From a virus, in IMG/VR virus record IMGVR_UViG_3300042384_000211, positions 1 through 64,000 of that record: a DNA stretch of 64,000 nt; one strand, written 5' to 3'. The translations under genes and the position numbers were made by a program. This document shows, in pieces, positions 60,518 to 64,000 of this stretch (positions are counted from its first letter, which is position 1; every line of letters begins with the position of its first letter). Under the pieces are notes generated by a model. That model searched no databases. It saw only the letters and a list, made by a program, of their open reading frames with translations, and was not told the origin of the DNA.

Positions 60518-60545
60518 ATTATACACGATTTTGCATAATTGTCAA
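60518..60545 (-). promoter_or_regulatory. Sigma70-type promoter for the ParB-HNH pair
   Basis: TTGACA-16-TATAAT. Confidence 0.65.
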
Positions 60546-60560
60546 CCTCTTTTTGGTCGT

Positions 60561-60583
60561 AAAAAACCCGCCGAAGCGGGTTT
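60561..60583 (-). terminator. Intrinsic terminator after the tmRNA coding piece
   Basis: AAACCCGC-ttcg-GCGGG followed by a T6 run on the minus strand. Confidence 0.85.
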
Positions 60584-60952
60584 GGTTATTTCTGTTGCCA
60601 GGTAAGTCCTACCCCGGTTGTTTTAGACTAAGCTAAAACAGCAGCATCAGTACGTGAACCGAAGCGGAAGCCACGACCCATAGATACTTTTGCTACACCA
60701 TTTGTATTTGCTTTTTCTGCATTTACGATTTTTGCATTTAACGTGACCCCACGTGTTGCCCTTTATCCTATCTCACGCTGTCGAAACCTGGTCAGGCCCA
60801 TTAGTAAGTACATTAACCCGTTTGCGCTACGGTAACCCGCGGAAGGTCGTCATCTAGAATGACTCCGCATATATTGATTAAGTGGCATTAATGTACTTAC
60901 TGGTGGACCTGGGCGGAATCGAACCGCCGTCCAACATGCCTTACTTTAAGAG
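60584..60952 (-). ncRNA. ssrA: Circularly permuted (two-piece) tmRNA: acceptor piece about 60952-60901, intervening sequence 60900-60800, coding piece 60799 to about 60584
   Basis: The 3' end (GGACGGCGGTTCGATTCCGCCCAGGTCCACCA) precedes the 5' end (GGGCCTGACCAGGTTTCGAC). The acceptor stem has G3.U70. The tag ORF at 60720-60628 ends in a hairpin loop. Outer boundaries are approximate. Confidence 0.9.
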
Positions 60953-60968
60953 TTATACAACAATTTCT

Positions 60969-61211
60969 TTAATCAGTTGCCTTTTCCATGTAAGGAAGTT
61001 TACCCAACATGTGTAAACGCAACATTTGATGTTTTTTGTCAACCGCCACTTCTTCTGTTACACTAGCACCTTCGAGAACTTCTTTATCTTTAACAGGTGC
61101 CGCATATGAACGTTTGGCTAGTTGCTGTTGATTAACAACATTGCTCTGTTCATCTGCCTGTGCTACACCTACTGCTAATAGTGCTACGAATACTAAACTA
61201 CGTGCTAACAT
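60969..61211 (-). CDS. Small secreted/periplasmic protein
   Basis: Signal peptide (..VAQA|DE); two similar motifs, LAKRSY and LGKLPY. Confidence 0.7.
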   Translation of the reverse strand: MLARSLVFVALLAVGVAQADEQSNVVNQQQLAKRSYAAPVKDKEVLEGASVTEEVAVDKKHQMLRLHMLGKLPYMEKATD

Positions 61212-61311
61212 TTCAACTTCTCCTCTGTGTATACTATTAATTATACACAGACGAGGCCGAAAATCATGTGTTAGCTAACATACATCAGTATATGCTACTC
61301 AGCATACTAGA

Positions 61312-61383
61312 TTACTTAGCACAAATAGGACAGGTACACTCTAGCTTATGCCATAACCAAAATTTGGTCTGTTTAGATTTCAT
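61312..61383 (-). CDS. Micro-ORF, 23 aa (MKSKQTKFWLWHKLECTCPICAK)
   Basis: ATGA-coupled to the upstream micro-ORF; H..ECxCxxC. Confidence 0.4.
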   Translation of the reverse strand: MKSKQTKFWLWHKLECTCPICAK

Positions 61384-61445
61384 TTACTCTTTCTACGTGC
61401 AGTAGCACGAATACTTCTTGGGTGATGCGCTCTGAATTTAGCCAT
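61380..61445 (-). CDS. Micro-ORF, 21 aa, basic (MAKFRAHHPRSIRATARRKSK)
   Basis: GGGAG SD 6 nt before the ATG; TAAATA motif upstream. Confidence 0.5.
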   Translation of the reverse strand: MAKFRAHHPRSIRATARRKSK

Positions 61446-61477
61446 GTCAATCTCCCGGATTATAAAACTATTTAGTA

Positions 61478-61789
61478 TTAACTAGTGATGCCAGCACGGG
61501 CTTTAATAGCTGCCAAACTTAAGTTTGGTTTGGTTAACTTAACAGCATAGTTAAGATTGTATTTCTCATCTGCTAGAGTAATAGCTTCTGCAAATTTAGG
61601 ATTCTGCATTAACTCAGTTGTTTTAAGATAGGTCACAGCATCGGCCTTAGACATTGCTTCTGGAAGTTCCATAAGCTCAATATCGGTATGCCCAGCTTTA
61701 ATTAACATCTTAACACGGCTTACAAAGTCATTAGCAAAACGTACTTTAGTAAGACCATCTTGAGTTGAAACACCTGTTACTTTAAACAT
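61478..61789 (-). CDS. Hypothetical protein
   Basis: 103 aa, AGGAG SD. Confidence 0.75.
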   Translation of the reverse strand: MFKVTGVSTQDGLTKVRFANDFVSRVKMLIKAGHTDIELMELPEAMSKADAVTYLKTTELMQNPKFAEAITLADEKYNLNYAVKLTKPNLSLAAIKARAGITS

Positions 61790-61800
61790 AATTACTCCTA

Positions 61801-61989
61801 TTAATTAAGGTCCATCGTGTTATATTCTTTGATTAGGGCCACTAACTCATCTTCAGTATTACACATGACTTTAGCAGTTTTCCAATCTTCTTTTTTGTCG
61901 TTACCACTGACTTCTACCATCCAACCGTTGTCATAACGATAAACAGTAAAACTGTCATTTACCTTTGCTAACTTAGTTAATTTTGCCAT
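61801..61989 (-). CDS. Hypothetical protein
   Basis: 62 aa, SD present. Confidence 0.7.
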   Translation of the reverse strand: MAKLTKLAKVNDSFTVYRYDNGWMVEVSGNDKKEDWKTAKVMCNTEDELVALIKEYNTMDLN

Positions 61990-61999
61990 TTACTTTTCC

Positions 62000-62194
62000 T
62001 TAGTTAATTTGAACTGCACGTTGAACATGGCAGTGATTTGCACCACCATTCATGTTTTTAACCAATTGTTCGGCCGCACCTTGATAAGGAGCATCTACCA
62101 CAGTGGTATAGTTACTAGGACCCGAACTCATCCAAGCACCACCTTCATTAATATTATTAGTAAGAACTTTATATGTAACTTCAAATCTTGGCAT
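62000..62194 (-). CDS. Hypothetical protein
   Basis: 64 aa, AGGAG SD, promoter upstream. Confidence 0.7.
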   Translation of the reverse strand: MPRFEVTYKVLTNNINEGGAWMSSGPSNYTTVVDAPYQGAAEQLVKNMNGGANHCHVQRAVQIN

Positions 62195-62229
62195 TTTTAT
62201 CTCCTGTTGTTTAATTAACTTACAAACCT

Positions 62230-62258
62230 ATTATACAATCATTTAACCATTTTGTCAA
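62230..62258 (-). promoter_or_regulatory. Sigma70-type early promoter
   Basis: TTGACA-17-TATAAT; nearly identical to 63630-63658. Confidence 0.8.
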
Positions 62259-62264
62259 CCAAAA

Positions 62265-62885
62265 TTAGCGTTTAGTAATAACCTCATCTGCTAGACCATA
62301 TGCTACTGCTTCGTCGGCACTTAAGAACGTATCAAACTTCATTGCTTCGTAAAGTTCATCATATGTTTTGCCAGCCGTGTTATGACGTGCATATAGTTCT
62401 GTTAAGCGTTTGTTAATGCGCACTGACTCTTCAAAGCTACGTTTAGCATCTTCAAACTGTAGATCTTGTACGTGTACTGAACCACGTGTGCCCGGAGTAC
62501 CCGAACTAACACGGTGAATCATTGTACGTGCTTCTGGCAATACAATACGCTTGCCTGCGGCTCCTGCTTGAGCTAAGAAACTACCCATTGAACATGCTTG
62601 TCCAAGTACAATAGTTGATACATCACATTTAATAAACTGCATTGTATCATAAATTGCTAAGCCAGCAGTTACGCTACCACCCGGGCTATTGATGTAAAAC
62701 AAAATGTCTTTCTCTGGGCTTTCGCTTTCTAAGAACAGCATCTGCGCTACAATTAAACTAGCAGTATGCTCGTTAACATCAGTATCCAACATGATGATAC
62801 GATCTTTAAGTAAGCGTGAATAAATGTCGTAGCTACGTTCGCCTTGACTTGTACGTTCTACTACCATTGGGACTAAAGTTGACAT
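62265..62885 (-). CDS. clpP: ATP-dependent Clp protease proteolytic subunit ClpP
   Basis: LVPMVVE...[30 protein letters not shown] (Ser), MIH (His) and FDTFLSA.EA..YGL. Confidence 0.93.
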   Translation of the reverse strand: MSTLVPMVVERTSQGERSYDIYSRLLKDRIIMLDTDVNEHTASLIVAQMLFLESESPEKDILFYINSPGGSVTAGLAIYDTMQFIKCDVSTIVLGQACSMGSFLAQAGAAGKRIVLPEARTMIHRVSSGTPGTRGSVHVQDLQFEDAKRSFEESVRINKRLTELYARHNTAGKTYDELYEAMKFDTFLSADEAVAYGLADEVITKR

Positions 62886-62995
62886 GTAATTCCTTTTGTT
62901 GAAATAAATCTACCATTGGTATCTCTTGGACGCATCCGTGCCCAAAACGATTTTGGTGATAGTGACATTAATTTTTTATAATCACTTAATAACAT
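62873..62995 (-). CDS. Small hypothetical protein, 40 aa (MLLSDYKK...RDTNGRFIS...)
   Basis: Hand-translated; AAGGAG SD. Confidence 0.55.
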   Translation of the reverse strand: MLLSDYKKLMSLSPKSFWARMRPRDTNGRFISTKGITCQL

Positions 62996-63008
62996 ATTGC
63001 TCCTTTAT

Positions 63009-63260
63009 TTAATGACGTTCCTGACGCTCTTTACAAAAAACACAAAGACGCACACCTGGAATTGCAAGACGTCGTGCTAGCGGAATCTCATCACCGCATT
63101 CTTCACACTCTTCTGCACTGGGTTCTGCGGCTTGTTTAGCCAATTGACGTCGAACATTAGCAATAGCATTCATGTTATTATGAATAGCATGAAGTTGTCC
63201 CATTTCTGCTTCTTCTTCATTATTATACGAGAAATCGTCTTGCAAGTCTAGTTCTTTCAT
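63009..63260 (-). CDS. TraR/DksA C4-type zinc-finger protein
   Basis: CEECGDEIPLARRLAIPGVRLCVFC. Confidence 0.85.
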   Translation of the reverse strand: MKELDLQDDFSYNNEEEAEMGQLHAIHNNMNAIANVRRQLAKQAAEPSAEECEECGDEIPLARRLAIPGVRLCVFCKERQERH

Positions 63261-63275
63261 TTACTTTCCTTCTAA

Positions 63276-63596
63276 TTAGTCGGCACGTGAACCAGCATAA
63301 GCACGGAAGCCATATTTAGTTAATACGTCCGCATAAGCACGTGCACCTTCTTCTAACACATCCATACTTTGACCATGGTAGTTACCTGGGCTCCACAAGT
63401 TCAAACATTTAGGACGATAGTCTTTCTTAAAACCAACACCAAGTAAGCCTTTAGCTTCTGTTGAGTTAGTACGGTCTACGTACACGTTAACCCAAGCAAA
63501 ACCACAGTAGGCCATTTCGCCGTGTGTTTTAAGAAAAGCGTTTTGAGCGTTAGTTGCTGCTGTTTGTGCTTCGTTGTGAATAGCTTGAAAGTTCAT
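63276..63596 (-). CDS. Hypothetical phage early protein
   Basis: CGFAWV, QSM...E.GA.AYA.VL and SRAD; promoter and SD upstream. Confidence 0.75.
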   Translation of the reverse strand: MNFQAIHNEAQTAATNAQNAFLKTHGEMAYCGFAWVNVYVDRTNSTEAKGLLGVGFKKDYRPKCLNLWSPGNYHGQSMDVLEEGARAYADVLTKYGFRAYAGSRAD

Positions 63597-63629
63597 TTAT
63601 TGCTCCTGTGTTGTTAGTGTATGTGTAAC

Positions 63630-63658
63630 ATTATACATTCATTTAACCAAAATGTCAA
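63630..63658 (-). promoter_or_regulatory. Sigma70-type early promoter
   Basis: TTGACA-17-TATAAT. Confidence 0.8.
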
Positions 63659-63729
63659 CCAAAATCTTACATACTCCAATATGTTCAGTTGTATAAAATT
63701 TGTATAAATAATACTACAAAGGAGTCAAA

Positions 63730-64000
63730 ATGTCAACTATTCCGTTCAGTTATTATCTCTATCATAGACTAACAGGTCTAAAATATTATGGCATTAAACA
63801 TGCTAATGGTTGTAATCCATCTGATCTGTGGACTAAATATTTTTCTTCTTCAATCAGAGTAAAACAATTAATTACAGAATACGGCAAAGATTCGTTTGAT
63901 GTAAAGATACGCAAAACATTTAACTCGTCGCATGACGCATTGATTTGGGAACATAAAGTTTTACGTAGACTCAACGCATCACAAAACCCTACATGGATTA
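63730..64000 (+). mobile_element. Free-standing GIY-YIG (Seg-like) homing endonuclease gene, 3' partial
   Basis: Hand translation MSTIPFSYYLYHRLTGLKYYGIKHANGCNPSDLWTKYFSSS...YGKDSF...A..WE; TATAAATA and AGGAG upstream; open to the window end. Confidence 0.7.

Noticed and set aside
60901-60935. Stand-alone tRNA gene or attachment-site remnant suggested by the T-arm and CCA
   Set aside because: There is no D-arm or anticodon arm upstream. The matching 5' acceptor strand lies downstream, which fits a permuted tmRNA.

Overview
An AT-rich segment of a large (jumbo-type) tailed dsDNA phage infecting a Gram-negative host. ErpA, IF-1 and GroEL look proteobacterial, possibly betaproteobacterial. Almost all genes are on the minus strand and read in the standard genetic code. 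In window order it contains: a modular protein running off the left edge with repeated [VLM]-x-E|[GAN] sites; a nucleotidyltransferase and a glycosyltransferase; clpA and dnaJ; a lysis cassette (GH19 endolysin, spanins, holin); an enzyme cluster (SGNH, P-loop/sulfotransferase-like proteins, glutamine amidotransferase, ferritin-like di-iron protein, methyltransferase); phoH, clamp loader, a GroES-like gene, a stand-alone DnaE fragment and MazG; baseplate-like genes; erpA and infA; many small early genes; DNA ligase; a flavin halogenase plus U32 protein; tail-fibre and virion genes; groES-groEL; a ParB-like plus HNH pair; a circularly permuted (two-piece) tmRNA; clpP; a TraR/DksA gene; and a partial GIY-YIG endonuclease. 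The best signals missed by the ORF track are (1) a probable programmed -1 frameshift (G GGA AAG TAA) that extends the holin by 77 aa, (2) a phage two-piece tmRNA with a long atypical tag, (3) a probable protease-processed head polyprotein, and (4) a ROSE-like RNA thermometer on groES. All assignments come from reading motifs by eye; no database searches were run.
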